From: Candidatus Poribacteria bacterium
Lineage (GTDB): Bacteria > Poribacteria > WGA-4E > WGA-3G
NCBI GenBank assembly: GCA_965198235.1
Contig: OZ240248.1
Span: 2,176,001 to 2,240,000 of the forward strand
Direction of reading: 5' to 3'
Length of the DNA: 64,000 nucleotides
Numbering within the stretch: position 1 is the stretch's first letter; every line of letters begins with the position of its first letter. Below, piece after piece: positions 27,810 through 38,923 of this stretch. The position numbers and the translations under genes were made by a program. Below the pieces are notes generated by a model, which made no database searches, was not told the DNA's origin, and saw nothing but the letters and a program-made list of their open reading frames with translations.

Positions 27810-30800
27810 ATGACTCTTCAAGAAATAATTTTAGCGTTAGAGAAATTTTGGGCAGATCACGGGTGCATCATCCAGCAACCCTGCGATATAGAAGTCGGCG
27901 CAGGCACATTTAACCCTGCAACATTTTTGCGATGCCTCGGTCCGGAGCCGTGGCGAGTCGCGTACGTAGAGCCTGTGCGGCGTCCGACCGATGGCAGATA
28001 CGCAGAAAACCCTTTCCGTGTCGGGGCATATTACCAATATCAGGTGATACTGAAACCTGCCCCTGAGAATGTGCTTCCCCTCTATCTTGAAAGCCTCTAT
28101 AGTCTCGGTATCTCTCCCCGCAAAAACGACATCCGATTTGTAGAAGACGACTGGGAATCACCGACACTCGGTGCCTCTGGACTCGGCTGGGAGGTCTGGT
28201 GGAACGGCGCAGAAGTCACACAATTTACCTACTTCCAACAGATGGGAAGCATAGACCTTGATCCCATTTGTGCTGAGATTACTTATGGGCTTGAACGCAT
28301 CGCGCTCTACTTGCAAGATGTCGATGACTTTTTTGAGATTCGCTGGAACGAACATCTCAATTACGGTGATGTCCACCGGCAGAGCGAAGTGGAGTACTCG
28401 ACTTACAACTTCGAGCGTGCGAATGTAGACATGCTTTTTGAGTTGTTTAGCACTTATGAGAAGGAGACCCATGCATGCTTAGATGCCGGGTTAGTGCTAC
28501 CTGCCACCGATCATGTCTTAAAATGCTCGCATACCTTCAACATGTTGGACGCACGCGGTGTCATCAGCGTCACGGAGCGGGTGAGTTACATTGAACGCGT
28601 CCGGCGGCTTGCACAACGGATAGCACGCGCGTATGTCAAACAGCGTGAAGAGATGGAACACCCGCTTCTCGGAAAATGGGCTGCGGTAGGAGGGATTTGT
28701 AATCCCGACTCTTCTGAAATGCAAGAAGATGAGACCATTATACAAGAAACCGCTGACCTCCTATTTGAAATCGGCACAGAAGAGATACCAGCAAGTTATG
28801 TCCCGCCTGTCCTTGAACAGTTACGCGAGATTGCGACCGAATCCCTTACGAACCACAGAGTACCGTTTGGCGAAGTTGAAACACTCGGCACACCGCGTCG
28901 TATCACACTCAGTATCAAAGACGTAAAGACGCTTCAGGAAAGCCAAGAGACAGAAGTCGTGGGACCACCAAAACGTATCGCCTACGATGAGAACGGCGAA
29001 CCGACAAAGGCGGCAATCGGTTTCGCAAAGACACAGGGGGTTGAACTCACCGCACTCCGCATCGTTGAAACCGAACGAGGGGAGTACGTCGCTGCTTCCA
29101 AACTCGAAACGGGAGTCCCGATACGAGAGATCTTAGGAACACTGTTAACTGAATGGATCGAAGCACTCCGTTTTCCGAAAACCATGCGCTGGGAAACGGA
29201 ATCCGAGGAACCGCGGGCGTTCGCGCGCTTTGCGCGTCCTATCCGCTGGCTCGTGGCGTTACTGGGAGATTCGGTTGTCGATTGCACTTACGGTGCGGCA
29301 CACGCAGGACGGTTAACCTACGGGCATCGCTCCTTGCATCCTGAACCGATAACTTTAACTTCTGCTGAATTAAATACTTATGTTGAAAAACTGCGCGCTG
29401 TTGGTGTCATCGTCTGCCCGAAAGAGCGCAGGAACACAATCGAAAAACAGGTGAGAGACGTTTTAGAGGTCGAGGGATGCCTTCCAAAACTGGATGAAAA
29501 ATTGCTGGATACAGTGAACTATCTCGTGGAAAACCCACAACCGATCGTCGGCAATTTTAGTGAATCGCATTTGGAAATACCGTCTGAAGTGCTGATTACC
29601 GCGATGAAGACACATCAACGCTATTTTCCGATGTGGAAAGCGGAAGCACGCCATCACGATGATAGTGATCGCGTGACCTCCGAAAGTGAGTCCGTACTCG
29701 CCGCGAAGTTTATTACAATTTCCAACGGGACAGACGGCAATATTGACGGCGTTCGGCACGGGAATGAGCGCGTCCTCCGCGCAAGACTCAACGATGCCGA
29801 GTTCTTCTACAGCGAAGACCAGAAAACCAGCCTCACCGATAAAGTCGAACGTTTAGGTAAGGTTGTCTTCCACGCGAAACTCGGTTCACTCTTGGATAAA
29901 GCAGAACGGCTTAAAGCGTTAGTTCAGTTCATCAGTGCGGAATTGCGAGTGTCGGAAGCAACCACCCGTCATGCAGAACGCGCAGCGTGGCTCTGTAAAG
30001 CAGATCTGACGACGCATATGGTTATCGAATTCCCGTCATTGCAGGGAATTACGGGGAGATATTACGCACAAAACAGTGGAGAAGCGGCACCTGTTGCGAC
30101 TGCGATTGCTGAGCATTACCAACCGCTCGGTGCCAATACACCGCTACCCGAAACCGAAGTCGGTGGGCTTGTTGCCATTGCCGATAAACTCGACACTATT
30201 GTCGGATACTTCGGTATAGAAGAACGCCCCACAGGTTCGCAAGACCCGTACTCGTTAAGACGGCATGCCCTCGGCACAATCCGAATCCTCCAAGACTGGA
30301 AGCTGCCGATCTCGTTAGATGCTGTTGTCGAAAAAGCGATCTCCCTCTATACTGTCGAATTAGCCGATGATACACGAGCGAGTGTCCTTAACTTCATCAA
30401 AGAACGCCTACGCGTTATCTTGCTGCAGACACATCAATATGCTCCAGATCTTGCCGATGCTGTCTTGGCGGTTGGTGCCGTTGACATCATCGATATTCTC
30501 AAACGCGCCAGCACACTTGCCGAATTTCGCTTGACACCAAATTTTGAGGAAGTGTATAATGCACTCAATCGGGTCCTGAGAATTTTACCGCCGGATGCAC
30601 CAGAAACTGTAGACGCTACGCTCCTATGCGACGATGCTGAAAAGCAGTTGTCCGCCTGTATCACTGAGGCGGAGCTGGGTTTCCAGCAGAGCATTCAGGA
30701 ACGCGACTACGCTAAATTGCTGACGCAACTTGCCGCTTTACAACCCGCAATAGACACATTCTTTGATGATGTTTTGGTTATGGCGGAGGAACCAGCACTG

Positions 30801-30890
30801 CGCACGAATCGATTGGGATTATTGAACCGAATCGGACAGAATATCTATGCGGTCGCGGACCTGACGAAACTCGTAATCGCTGGGAATTAA
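27810..30890 (+). CDS. glyQS: Glycine--tRNA ligase, fused alpha and beta subunits
   Basis: Alpha motifs ([36 protein letters not shown]) in one ORF with beta motifs ([25 protein letters not shown]). Confidence 0.95.
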   Translation: MTLQEIILALEKFWADHGCIIQQPCDIEVGAGTFNPATFLRCLGPEPWRVAYVEPVRRPTDGRYAENPFRVGAYYQYQVILKPAPENVLPLYLESLYSLGISPRKNDIRFVEDDWESPTLGASGLGWEVWWNGAEVTQFTYFQQMGSIDLDPICAEITYGLERIALYLQDVDDFFEIRWNEHLNYGDVHRQSEVEYSTYNFERANVDMLFELFSTYEKETHACLDAGLVLPATDHVLKCSHTFNMLDARGVISVTERVSYIERVRRLAQRIARAYVKQREEMEHPLLGKWAAVGGICNPDSSEMQEDETIIQETADLLFEIGTEEIPASYVPPVLEQLREIATESLTNHRVPFGEVETLGTPRRITLSIKDVKTLQESQETEVVGPPKRIAYDENGEPTKAAIGFAKTQGVELTALRIVETERGEYVAASKLETGVPIREILGTLLTEWIEALRFPKTMRWETESEEPRAFARFARPIRWLVALLGDSVVDCTYGAAHAGRLTYGHRSLHPEPITLTSAELNTYVEKLRAVGVIVCPKERRNTIEKQVRDVLEVEGCLPKLDEKLLDTVNYLVENPQPIVGNFSESHLEIPSEVLITAMKTHQRYFPMWKAEARHHDDSDRVTSESESVLAAKFITISNGTDGNIDGVRHGNERVLRARLNDAEFFYSEDQKTSLTDKVERLGKVVFHAKLGSLLDKAERLKALVQFISAELRVSEATTRHAERAAWLCKADLTTHMVIEFPSLQGITGRYYAQNSGEAAPVATAIAEHYQPLGANTPLPETEVGGLVAIADKLDTIVGYFGIEERPTGSQDPYSLRRHALGTIRILQDWKLPISLDAVVEKAISLYTVELADDTRASVLNFIKERLRVILLQTHQYAPDLADAVLAVGAVDIIDILKRASTLAEFRLTPNFEEVYNALNRVLRILPPDAPETVDATLLCDDAEKQLSACITEAELGFQQSIQERDYAKLLTQLAALQPAIDTFFDDVLVMAEEPALRTNRLGLLNRIGQNIYAVADLTKLVIAGN
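28686..28710 (+). repeat. GTAG-type REP palindrome inside the glyQ-glyS linker
   Basis: GTAGGAGGGATTTGTAATCCCGACT vs intergenic GTAGGAGGGATCTCCGAATCCCGACT at 40178. Confidence 0.75.
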
Positions 30891-30900
30891 AAAAGTTAAG

Positions 30901-30960
30901 GTTTTTAATTTATTGCTCCTGGGCCGCTCTCCATTCCATTACGAGCGGGTTTCCGATTAG
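30901..30960 (-). repeat. Dispersed hairpin element variant
   Basis: Minus strand TAATCGGAAACCCGCTC-GTAATGGAATGGA-GAGC...AATTAAAAA; compare 43765. Confidence 0.7.
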
Positions 30961-31019
30961 TTTTTACTGGGTTTGGGGATTTTGACTTTCTTTTATTTTT
31001 GAAGCATTAAACCAAAACG

Positions 31020-31108
31020 GTAGCCTGCAACATCGGCGCAGGCGGATATACGCCGAGGATCCTTCTTCATTCAACACGCTTGACCGAACCGCAAGGAAAA
31101 ATTAAAAA
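31020..31108 (+). repeat. Dispersed hairpin element (AACCGCAAGG family) abutting the HEAT-protein ATG
   Basis: GTAGCCTGC..GCAGGC-GGATATACG...GACCGAACCGCAAGGAAAAATTAAAAA-ATG. Confidence 0.85.
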
Positions 31109-34100
31109 ATGAAGCAACACCTCTTATGTAATATATTGAAAATTTGTATCCATCTCTCACTCATTGTCGCTACTGTCTTCGTGATAGGGTGTGGTGAGAA
31201 AGAGAACAGGGATATTATTGAAGCGCGAGCCGCTATTGTTCGCGGAGATTATGCTGCCGCACAAGTGGCGGTTCAGAAAACAGACGCTGGGAATCAGGAG
31301 GCGCGACATCTGAAGGCTTTCTTACAAAACCGGACGCGCACCGAGACAGAAAGTTGGCACCAAGCGATTGCACAATCAAACGCTTACCTTGAAACGCTGG
31401 CGGTAGACATCCTCGCTATCTCGTTGCAGGAAGATCCGGATTCTGACGAACTTGATCGGCAAGAAAGACTTGTCCGCTCGCAGAACTCCATCTCTGGACT
31501 CTTCGCTGTGTCGCTTGCTGAAGCAGTCGAAAAGCGCGCAGAATTGCTCTCTGAACTCGTAGCGCATGCGGATGCTGCTGTCGTTATAGGGCTCTTGGCC
31601 GCGAAAAAGTGCTATCAACCTAACGCGCTCGCAGTGGTCTCGAAACTCACAACAAAACTCGGAAATGGAGAGGCAGTTGTTGAACTCTTACGGCAGGCGG
31701 TGCACCATAAAGATACAGCCATACAAAAAGAGGCAGTCCGTTATCTCGGTGCGATACGAAACCCTGAACTCATCCCAATTTTTGAAGAAGTTCTCGCCGA
31801 AACGAAGAATGCCCCTGAGGTCGCCTATAGAGCAATTATCGCACTTGAACAATCAATAGGTTCGGTTGCTGAAAGTGCAGCCATTGTGTCGGGACTCCAA
31901 CTCGCGCTCAGAAACAACAGCGCGCAGGTACGGATGCACGCTGCTAAACTCCTCGGGAGCATCCAAGCGGAAATGGCTGTTCCCGATCTCGTCCGGCTTC
32001 TCGCAGATCTGAACGGTTACGTCAAAGATACTGCCATAGATGCGCTTAATCGTATAGGGGAACCTGCCGTTGCTCCGCTACTTGAGGTGTTGGACACTGG
32101 TGCGCGAAACCTCATTCCCGATGAGGACACCGGCTTTGCGACAGAATACCAGTACATCGCAAGTGCTTATATTGATAGTTTGTGGATGAAAAAATATAGG
32201 ATCGGAACCTTATCAGCCGCAATCCAAGCACTCGGGTTGCTCAAATCGGGAAATGGGGTAGAGACGCTTATAGACGAGTTGGCAAACGAGGAGTTGCAAG
32301 ATGAAGCGTTGGCGGCACTTGTTGAGATGCGCGGCGTTGCTGTGCTACCGATGATTGACGCGCTCAAAAACGGTACAGATAAAATTCGGGTGAAGGTCGC
32401 AGATGCGCTTGGACAAATCGGGGACCGGCGCGCAATCGCTCCACTCATTGAAGCATTAGACAGCGATCCATACAAAGAGGTAAAGGCGCTCGCGGCGGTC
32501 GGGCTTGGTAATATGCAGGCACGCGGCGAGAATAATAGGGCAGTCATCGCGCTCACGGACGCGCTCTCCTATGACGATACTACCGCGACAAATGCGGCAG
32601 AGGCACTCGGAAAAATCGGTGTATCCACAGAAGATGCCGTTCAAGAGTTGATTATCATCGCGATGGAAAAACAGATGCGCGAGACCTTACGCATTGCGGC
32701 TCTTACGGCACTCTGGCGACTCAAACCTGAAGCAGCAACACAACCGATGCTACTTCTGATGTTCAGTGACGAGACCAGTCCTGTCATACGTGCGAATGCT
32801 GTCAAGGCGTTGAGTCGAATCAAAGCCCCTGAAACTGTCCCTGTATTACTCTGGGTTCTTTCCACACAATTTGACGAAATTTCAGATTTTCAACGCCACA
32901 TGAAGCGGACGTACAAAACGCTGGATACGCTCCGAACACAGGTTGACTCCTTTCAGATTCAATGGACTGCTGACTATCCGCGCGCAAACTATCGGACATG
33001 GGGTGAACTCAAACCGATTCCGAGTCTTGTTCGGAGTGAAGTCGCTCGAGCACTGGGTATCATCAAGGAGGACACTGTCGTAGAGCCTCTGGCAAACGCA
33101 CTTCGGGACGATGGGCGCGCAACCGTGCGACAAAGTGCAGCGTGGGCATTCGGTGAAGTCAAGGGTGATGACGCAATCCCGCCGCTGGTTACTGCGTTGA
33201 AAAAGGATAAACAGGGTGCCGTCCGACAGGAAGCAGCAATCGCGCTCGGGAAAATAAAAGGGCAGAAGGTTGTCGCACCGCTGATAGATGTGCTGAAAAA
33301 CGATAAGTATGAAACGACACGCTTCCAAGCAGCAAAGGCACTCCTGGAGATTCAAGCAGGGGATAAAGGGCTTGTTGATATTATCAAGAAGGGCTTAGGG
33401 AGTTTTGATGATGGATACGAGGTCCAATCCGTGCAGGATCAGGCCATCGCCGCATTAATCAAAGATGGAAACATCCCAACAGCCGAATTTGCTCTTGATG
33501 CCCTTAAATCTGCGGATGATGAATGGGTACGATGGGCACTTGTTCATGTGATCGGAGCGACTGGGAAAAAAGTTGCCGTTGATGCAATGTTCGAAGAACT
33601 GAAACACCCGAGTTATGTCGTCCGCAGACGCGCAGCGGAGTCACTCGGTGGTTTCAAAGAGCGTCGGGTTGTTGAACCGTTGATCGTTGTTCTCGAAAAC
33701 ATGGATGAGATGAAGTCCATTCGCGCGGCGGCGGCAGTCTCGCTTGGTGCGCTTAAAGATGAACGTGCCTCCGCACCGCTGCTAACTGCGCTCTCCGATG
33801 AAAATGCCGAAGTCCGATTGCAAGCCGCTGCCGCCTTGGGGAACCTCAAGGATGTAAAAGCGATTCCGCAACTGAGTGAGATTGTTGAAAATCCCTTAGA
33901 GTCGGATACTGTCCGCGATGCTGCCGTAGCAGCACTCGGCAATATTGGTAATAAAGCAGCTGAAGCCGTGCTGATTCGCGCTTTAGATGTTCGAGTCGGA
34001 AATATCTCAGAGAACGCTATTGTTGCTTTGGGCAAACTTGAAAGCGAAACAGCGATTCCCGAGTTAATCGCTATCTTGGAAGACAAGCAAATAGCATTGG

Positions 34101-34966
34101 ATGCGAGTACGGATGCGTTGGCTAAGGTTTCTTCCCGAACAAAAGCCGCAACAGCACTTGGTGAGATTGGAGGCACACGCGCCGCTGAAGCGATTGCGAA
34201 ACGACTCGTTGACGATACCGAATATATCGTCGCACTTGAGGATGCCGTAAACAGAAAAGCCATCGGCGCAGATGATCTGAAGCGGAACTGGAGTTGGGAA
34301 GTCTTCGTTAACGCCGCTAAAAAACTCGACTTACCGGCGTTCGTTGCACCAAAAATGGCAGCACGTGCGGAGGATGAATGGGAAAATCACCAAGTCAGAA
34401 ATGCTGCAATGGTTGCTTTAGGCAGGTGCGATACAGATGACATCACTTTGGACATCTCACAACTCAAACAACGATTAGCGGACCCGGATGTGGACACCCG
34501 AAAAGCGACAGCACTTAGCATTGGGCTAGCCGGAATTAGCGAACTCATACCAGAACTCGTTCAGATGATGGAAGGTGAAAACGAAATTGAGAAGGATGTC
34601 CGCCGAGCGGCAACACAGGGACTTGGTGAATTGGCTGATGAAACAACGACCGACGCGCTTATCGCGGTGATGAACAACGATGAAAACCACGTCGAGATTC
34701 GTCGCGATGCCTCACTCGCATTGGGCGAAATCGGGACGGACAAGGCGGTAACGGCGTTGGTGGAAAAACTAACAGCACTCCATGAAGCCCAAATTACGAG
34801 AGGGTTGCGTATTGATATTGTCAAGGCACTTGGCGAAGCCAAAAATGGGAACGCAATGTCAGTGCTTGAATTGGTTCTCCAGGATCAGGACGCAGAGATT
34901 CACTTCCAAGCAGCGGCGGCACTCTTTGAAATTACAGGCGAAGGCTACGGCTATAATCGATTATAG
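31109..34966 (+). CDS. Large HEAT-repeat (PBS lyase-like) lipoprotein
   Basis: Lipobox VIGC; many VR..AA.ALG.I...A...L repeats. Confidence 0.88.
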   Translation: MKQHLLCNILKICIHLSLIVATVFVIGCGEKENRDIIEARAAIVRGDYAAAQVAVQKTDAGNQEARHLKAFLQNRTRTETESWHQAIAQSNAYLETLAVDILAISLQEDPDSDELDRQERLVRSQNSISGLFAVSLAEAVEKRAELLSELVAHADAAVVIGLLAAKKCYQPNALAVVSKLTTKLGNGEAVVELLRQAVHHKDTAIQKEAVRYLGAIRNPELIPIFEEVLAETKNAPEVAYRAIIALEQSIGSVAESAAIVSGLQLALRNNSAQVRMHAAKLLGSIQAEMAVPDLVRLLADLNGYVKDTAIDALNRIGEPAVAPLLEVLDTGARNLIPDEDTGFATEYQYIASAYIDSLWMKKYRIGTLSAAIQALGLLKSGNGVETLIDELANEELQDEALAALVEMRGVAVLPMIDALKNGTDKIRVKVADALGQIGDRRAIAPLIEALDSDPYKEVKALAAVGLGNMQARGENNRAVIALTDALSYDDTTATNAAEALGKIGVSTEDAVQELIIIAMEKQMRETLRIAALTALWRLKPEAATQPMLLLMFSDETSPVIRANAVKALSRIKAPETVPVLLWVLSTQFDEISDFQRHMKRTYKTLDTLRTQVDSFQIQWTADYPRANYRTWGELKPIPSLVRSEVARALGIIKEDTVVEPLANALRDDGRATVRQSAAWAFGEVKGDDAIPPLVTALKKDKQGAVRQEAAIALGKIKGQKVVAPLIDVLKNDKYETTRFQAAKALLEIQAGDKGLVDIIKKGLGSFDDGYEVQSVQDQAIAALIKDGNIPTAEFALDALKSADDEWVRWALVHVIGATGKKVAVDAMFEELKHPSYVVRRRAAESLGGFKERRVVEPLIVVLENMDEMKSIRAAAAVSLGALKDERASAPLLTALSDENAEVRLQAAAALGNLKDVKAIPQLSEIVENPLESDTVRDAAVAALGNIGNKAAEAVLIRALDVRVGNISENAIVALGKLESETAIPELIAILEDKQIALDASTDALAKVSSRTKAATALGEIGGTRAAEAIAKRLVDDTEYIVALEDAVNRKAIGADDLKRNWSWEVFVNAAKKLDLPAFVAPKMAARAEDEWENHQVRNAAMVALGRCDTDDITLDISQLKQRLADPDVDTRKATALSIGLAGISELIPELVQMMEGENEIEKDVRRAATQGLGELADETTTDALIAVMNNDENHVEIRRDASLALGEIGTDKAVTALVEKLTALHEAQITRGLRIDIVKALGEAKNGNAMSVLELVLQDQDAEIHFQAAAALFEITGEGYGYNRL

Positions 34967-34988
34967 GACAAAAGTAAAGGAGATTTTT

Positions 34989-35312
34989 ATGGCTTTCTTT
35001 GAACTACGACAGTACAGAACAAAACCCGGTCAACGTGAGAATTGGGTGAAATACATGGAGGAAACGATCCTCCCGTTCCAGATTTCTAAAGGGATGGTTG
35101 TGATTGGCAGTTTTATCGGTGAAGAAGAGGACGATCTTTACGTCTGGATTCGCCGTTTTGAGAGCGAAGCACAGCGAGAGCAACTCTACGCAGCGGTTTA
35201 TGAAGATGACCGGTGGGTAAATGAAATCTCACCACGCGTCGGCGAACTGATTGACAGAGAACAAATCGTTGTCACACGACTTGAACCCACTTCACGCTCT
35301 GCACACCAATAG
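34989..35312 (+). CDS. NIPSNAP family protein
   Basis: FFELRQYRTKPG, YVWIRRF; AAGGAG RBS before ATG 34989. Confidence 0.85.
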   Translation: MAFFELRQYRTKPGQRENWVKYMEETILPFQISKGMVVIGSFIGEEEDDLYVWIRRFESEAQREQLYAAVYEDDRWVNEISPRVGELIDREQIVVTRLEPTSRSAHQ

Positions 35313-35367
35313 TAGCATAAACTGTTAGTTTGTGCATCCTTTAAAAGTCCATAACGGAGGTGTCTTA

Positions 35368-36114
35368 ATGAGCCCCGAAGAAAAATATCTGTTCGACCTG
35401 TGGGGGTATGTGAATATCGAGAACGTCTTAGCAACAGACGAACTCGCGGAGCTCAATACCCTCATTGATGCACAAGATTACCCAGATCCGGTAGATGATG
35501 AGATCTATTCACAGAGGTTCGGGGGATTCTTGAATTGGGAAAACGGCGCATTCCGCAAACTCCTCAACCATCCGCACATCATGCCGTTTTTAGCAGAGAC
35601 CGTCGGTCCCAAATTTCGCCTGGATCATGTTTACGGCATCTTGATGATAGAAGGCAACCCGGGTGGGACGCTTCACGGAGGCGGCACACCTTATGACCCA
35701 GCGCAGTACTACGTCTTCCGAAACGATCGGATGTACAACGGCTTAACCGTTGTGTCGTGGGCTTTAACGGATATGCTTCCAGAACACGGAGGCTTCTGTT
35801 GTATCCCCGGTAGCCATAAGAGCAACTATCCCTGTCCCGCGGAGTTCCGACCGGTAAACGACAACAAGGTTTGTATGGCACCGGTGCATCAGAAAGCGGG
35901 GGATGTCGTCATCTTCACAGAGGCGATGACGCACGGAACCCTCCCGTGGACTGCCTCGCACGAACGACGCTCAATTCTGTTCAAGTATTCACCCGGACAT
36001 GCCTCGTGGGGACAAGGCAGGCACGACGATGAGCTTCGCAATCTGATGTCAGACGATGACCAGAAGTTGATGCTGGAGCCGCCTTACGTCGCAAATCGGA
36101 AACCAGTGGTTTAG
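35368..36114 (+). CDS. Phytanoyl-CoA dioxygenase (PhyH) family protein
   Basis: GGFCCIPGSHK, GDVVIFTEAMTHGT, RRS; GGAGG RBS. Confidence 0.85.
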   Translation: MSPEEKYLFDLWGYVNIENVLATDELAELNTLIDAQDYPDPVDDEIYSQRFGGFLNWENGAFRKLLNHPHIMPFLAETVGPKFRLDHVYGILMIEGNPGGTLHGGGTPYDPAQYYVFRNDRMYNGLTVVSWALTDMLPEHGGFCCIPGSHKSNYPCPAEFRPVNDNKVCMAPVHQKAGDVVIFTEAMTHGTLPWTASHERRSILFKYSPGHASWGQGRHDDELRNLMSDDDQKLMLEPPYVANRKPVV

Positions 36115-36154
36115 GGGTGCTGCCCTGTGGAGGTTTTAAACCCCGAATGACCTG

Positions 36155-37300
36155 CTACCAGTCTGCGACGCTGCCATCGGTATCGTAATAAAATTCGCCG
36201 CCGAGCTCTTCTGGATAGGTATCAAGTATCTGCTCCGCTTCCTTTTTATCAATTTCAAAACCGAGTCCCGGCTTTGTTGGCAACGCAATGTGGCCATCTG
36301 TGACTTGCCACTCCTCAGTCAATAACCCTGCCCCCAGACCGTCATCGATCTGTTCCTGAATTAGGAAATTCGGGACAACGGCATCAACATGAAGGGAGGC
36401 GGAAAAGGCAACGGGTCCAATCGCACAATGCGGGGCGATGTGCATATAGTAGACCTCCGCCATGTTCGCAATCTTTTTCAGTTCAGTAATGCCACCAGTG
36501 TGCGAGGTATCGGGCTGTAGGTAAGCGACCGCCTGTTTTTCAAACACCTCTCGGAAGCCCCAGCGGGTAAGCAAGCGTTCCCCAGTCGCGATTGGAAACG
36601 GCACATGGTCGGACACCTGTTTGAGTGCGTCAACATTTTCTTGTGGGATAGGTTCCTCAACAAACATTGGACGCATCCCTTTAAGTTCGTGACAGATCTC
36701 AATTGCAAGGGCAGGGGTCATCTTACCGTGAAAATCGAAGGCGAGTTCGACATCGGGTCCCACCCATTCACGCATAAGGTAGGCACGCTCCACAAATTCA
36801 TCAATCATCGCAGGAGGTTCATGCCCACGCCATTTGCCGCCAGGACCGCTCTTAAACGCTTTGTAGCCACCTTTTTCTTGTAAAAATTCAAGGCGTTCTT
36901 TGGCAGATGCTTTTCCTTCATCTGTCAAACTTCCGATGCCCCAGTGTGCATAAACGCGGATGCGATCGCGCACAGCACCACCCAATAATTCGTAGGCAGG
37001 CACACCGTAGGACTTCCCAGCGATGTCCCACAACGCCTGATCAATACCGGACAAAGCAGACATGAGAATATTTCCACCTCGAAAAAAGGCGGAGCGGTAG
37101 ACATGTTGCCAGTGGTGTTCAATACGGAGCGGGTCTTTGCCAATGAAATAATCGGCAAGTTCTTCGACAGCCGCCCAGGTACTCTTGGGTTTACCTTCAA
37201 GCGTAGTTTCTCCCCATCCGACGATACCGGTATCCGTTGTAATTTTCACGAGACGCATCCGGCGACGTGGGTAGAATTGTTCAATCGTAGCAATTTTCAT
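36155..37300 (-). CDS. dgoD: Galactonate dehydratase-like enolase-superfamily enzyme
   Basis: GWGE, SGIDQALWDIAGK, DFHG, FVEEP, TGER, APHC. Confidence 0.8.
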   Translation of the reverse strand: MKIATIEQFYPRRRMRLVKITTDTGIVGWGETTLEGKPKSTWAAVEELADYFIGKDPLRIEHHWQHVYRSAFFRGGNILMSALSGIDQALWDIAGKSYGVPAYELLGGAVRDRIRVYAHWGIGSLTDEGKASAKERLEFLQEKGGYKAFKSGPGGKWRGHEPPAMIDEFVERAYLMREWVGPDVELAFDFHGKMTPALAIEICHELKGMRPMFVEEPIPQENVDALKQVSDHVPFPIATGERLLTRWGFREVFEKQAVAYLQPDTSHTGGITELKKIANMAEVYYMHIAPHCAIGPVAFSASLHVDAVVPNFLIQEQIDDGLGAGLLTEEWQVTDGHIALPTKPGLGFEIDKKEAEQILDTYPEELGGEFYYDTDGSVADW

Positions 37301-37382
37301 TTTTTTAACTATGGCCTCCTGGGTTAAAGAAACGCCCAAGCAAAAACCCCTCCATTTCATTTCGGGCAGGTTTCTGGTTAAT
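37301..37382 (-). repeat. Dispersed hairpin element variant abutting the dgoD ATG
   Basis: Minus strand GAAACCTGCCCGAAATGAAATGGAGGGGTTTTTGCTTGGGCGTTT...CCATAGTTAAAAAAA-ATG; close to the copy at 43765-43846. Confidence 0.8.
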
Positions 37383-37415
37383 TCAAGACTGGGTTGATAC
37401 TGTTTGCGGTAAAAC

Positions 37416-37568
37416 TGAACCGCAAGGAAAATTAAAAATTAGTTACAAAGAACAGTAGCCCGTAATGAAATGGAGGGCGAATATACGGGGTGGCACTTCA
37501 AACCCCAAACCTGCCTGACCGAACCGCAAGGAAAATTAGAAATACGAACCGCAAGGAAAATTAGAAAT
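37416..37568 (+). repeat. Dispersed hairpin element with three AACCGCAAGGAAAATT tails, abutting the sulfatase ATG
   Basis: Tails near 37417, 37521 and 37546; GTAGCCCGTAATGAAATGGAGGGC hairpin at 37456. Confidence 0.85.
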
Positions 37569-38915
37569 ATGACTTCACAACCCAATGTTCTTTTTATGAT
37601 TGCTGACGACCATCGGTGGGATGCCATCAGTGGCATGGGAGACCCAACAGTAAAGACACCGACGTTGGATTCGCTCATGGCGCGGGGAACTACCTTCCAC
37701 CAAACACATATCATGGGATCCCTCGTCGGGGCAGTCTGTGTGCCAAGTCGAGCTGCTGTCCTTACCAGCGCAAATCTTTTCCGTAGCGGTGGAAACCAGA
37801 TTAACCGAGATTTGGCAGTTTGGCCACAGGTAATGCGCGAGGCGGGGTATCACACATTTTTTAGTGGCAAATGGCACAACGATCGACAAACGTTTACCGA
37901 TAGTTTCGATGACGGTGCTAAGATCTTCTTTGGTGGAATGAGCGATCAATATAAAGTACCAGTTTTCGATTTCGATGCAACAGGAAAATACCCAAGTGAT
38001 GCCAAGTACATTGGAGAAAAGTTTTCTACAGAACTGTTTACAGACGCCGCTGTGCAATTTATAGAAAACTATGGCGAAACGGATCCATTTTTCCTTTACC
38101 TCTCATTTACTTCACCTCACGATCCGAGAACAGCACCGGGAGAATACGCGACGATGTATCCGCCAGAGGATATACCCGTCCCCGAAAACTTCGTCCCGGA
38201 ACATCCATTCGACAACGGCGAAATGCGTATCCGAGACGAAGTATTGGCACCCTTCCCACGCACCCCTGAAATCGTTCAACAACACATCGCCGACTATTAC
38301 GGGATGATTACGCACATGGATACCGAAATGGGGCGCGCGCTAAACGCATTGGAAGCCACCGGGCATCTCGAAAATACAATTATCATCTATACAGCGGATC
38401 ACGGGCTTGCTGTCGGACAGCACGGACTGTTGGGAAAACAGAATCTCTATAACCACAGCATCCGCGTGCCTTCCATATTCGCCGGACCGGGGATCCCCAT
38501 AGGAGAAACAGTTGATGCGTTAACCTATCTGTATGATGTGTTTCCCACTGTCTGCGATCTCACCGATGTCGCCTGCCCGGATACGACTGAAGGGTGCAGT
38601 TTAGTGCCATTGATGAATGGGCGTGTAGATCGGGTGCGCGCGACAGTCTTCGCAGCGTATAGAGATATTCACCGTACCATCAGTGATGGACGGTGGAAAT
38701 TGATTCGTTACTATGTCTCCGAGGAGACGGGTGCCGGCACGGATTGCGTCCAACTTTTCGATTTAGAGCAGGATCCTTGGGAGACGACAAACCTTGTTGC
38801 CAATGATATGAAAAGTCCTGAGCATGCCGACCGTATCCGCTCACTCGCTGCGGATATGAAAATGTGGCAAACCGAGACGAACGATTTCATGAAAGATATA
38901 CCGGTATTGCTGTAG
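37569..38915 (+). CDS. Formylglycine-dependent sulfatase (choline-sulfatase-like)
   Basis: QPNVLFMIADD, CVPSRA, GKWH, ADHG, GKQNLY. Confidence 0.92.
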   Translation: MTSQPNVLFMIADDHRWDAISGMGDPTVKTPTLDSLMARGTTFHQTHIMGSLVGAVCVPSRAAVLTSANLFRSGGNQINRDLAVWPQVMREAGYHTFFSGKWHNDRQTFTDSFDDGAKIFFGGMSDQYKVPVFDFDATGKYPSDAKYIGEKFSTELFTDAAVQFIENYGETDPFFLYLSFTSPHDPRTAPGEYATMYPPEDIPVPENFVPEHPFDNGEMRIRDEVLAPFPRTPEIVQQHIADYYGMITHMDTEMGRALNALEATGHLENTIIIYTADHGLAVGQHGLLGKQNLYNHSIRVPSIFAGPGIPIGETVDALTYLYDVFPTVCDLTDVACPDTTEGCSLVPLMNGRVDRVRATVFAAYRDIHRTISDGRWKLIRYYVSEETGAGTDCVQLFDLEQDPWETTNLVANDMKSPEHADRIRSLAADMKMWQTETNDFMKDIPVLL

Positions 38916-38923
38916 CGGGAATA

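Noticed and set aside
29630-29695. Possible second repeat-derived insertion in GlyS ([18 protein letters not shown])
   Set aside because: Only a 12 nt match (GTGGAAAGCGGA) to the 52031 copy, too short to support
37416-37568. CRISPR array from repeated GAACCGCAAGGAAAATT
   Set aside because: Irregular spacing, no unique equal-length spacers, no cas genes; the unit is the tail of a dispersed element
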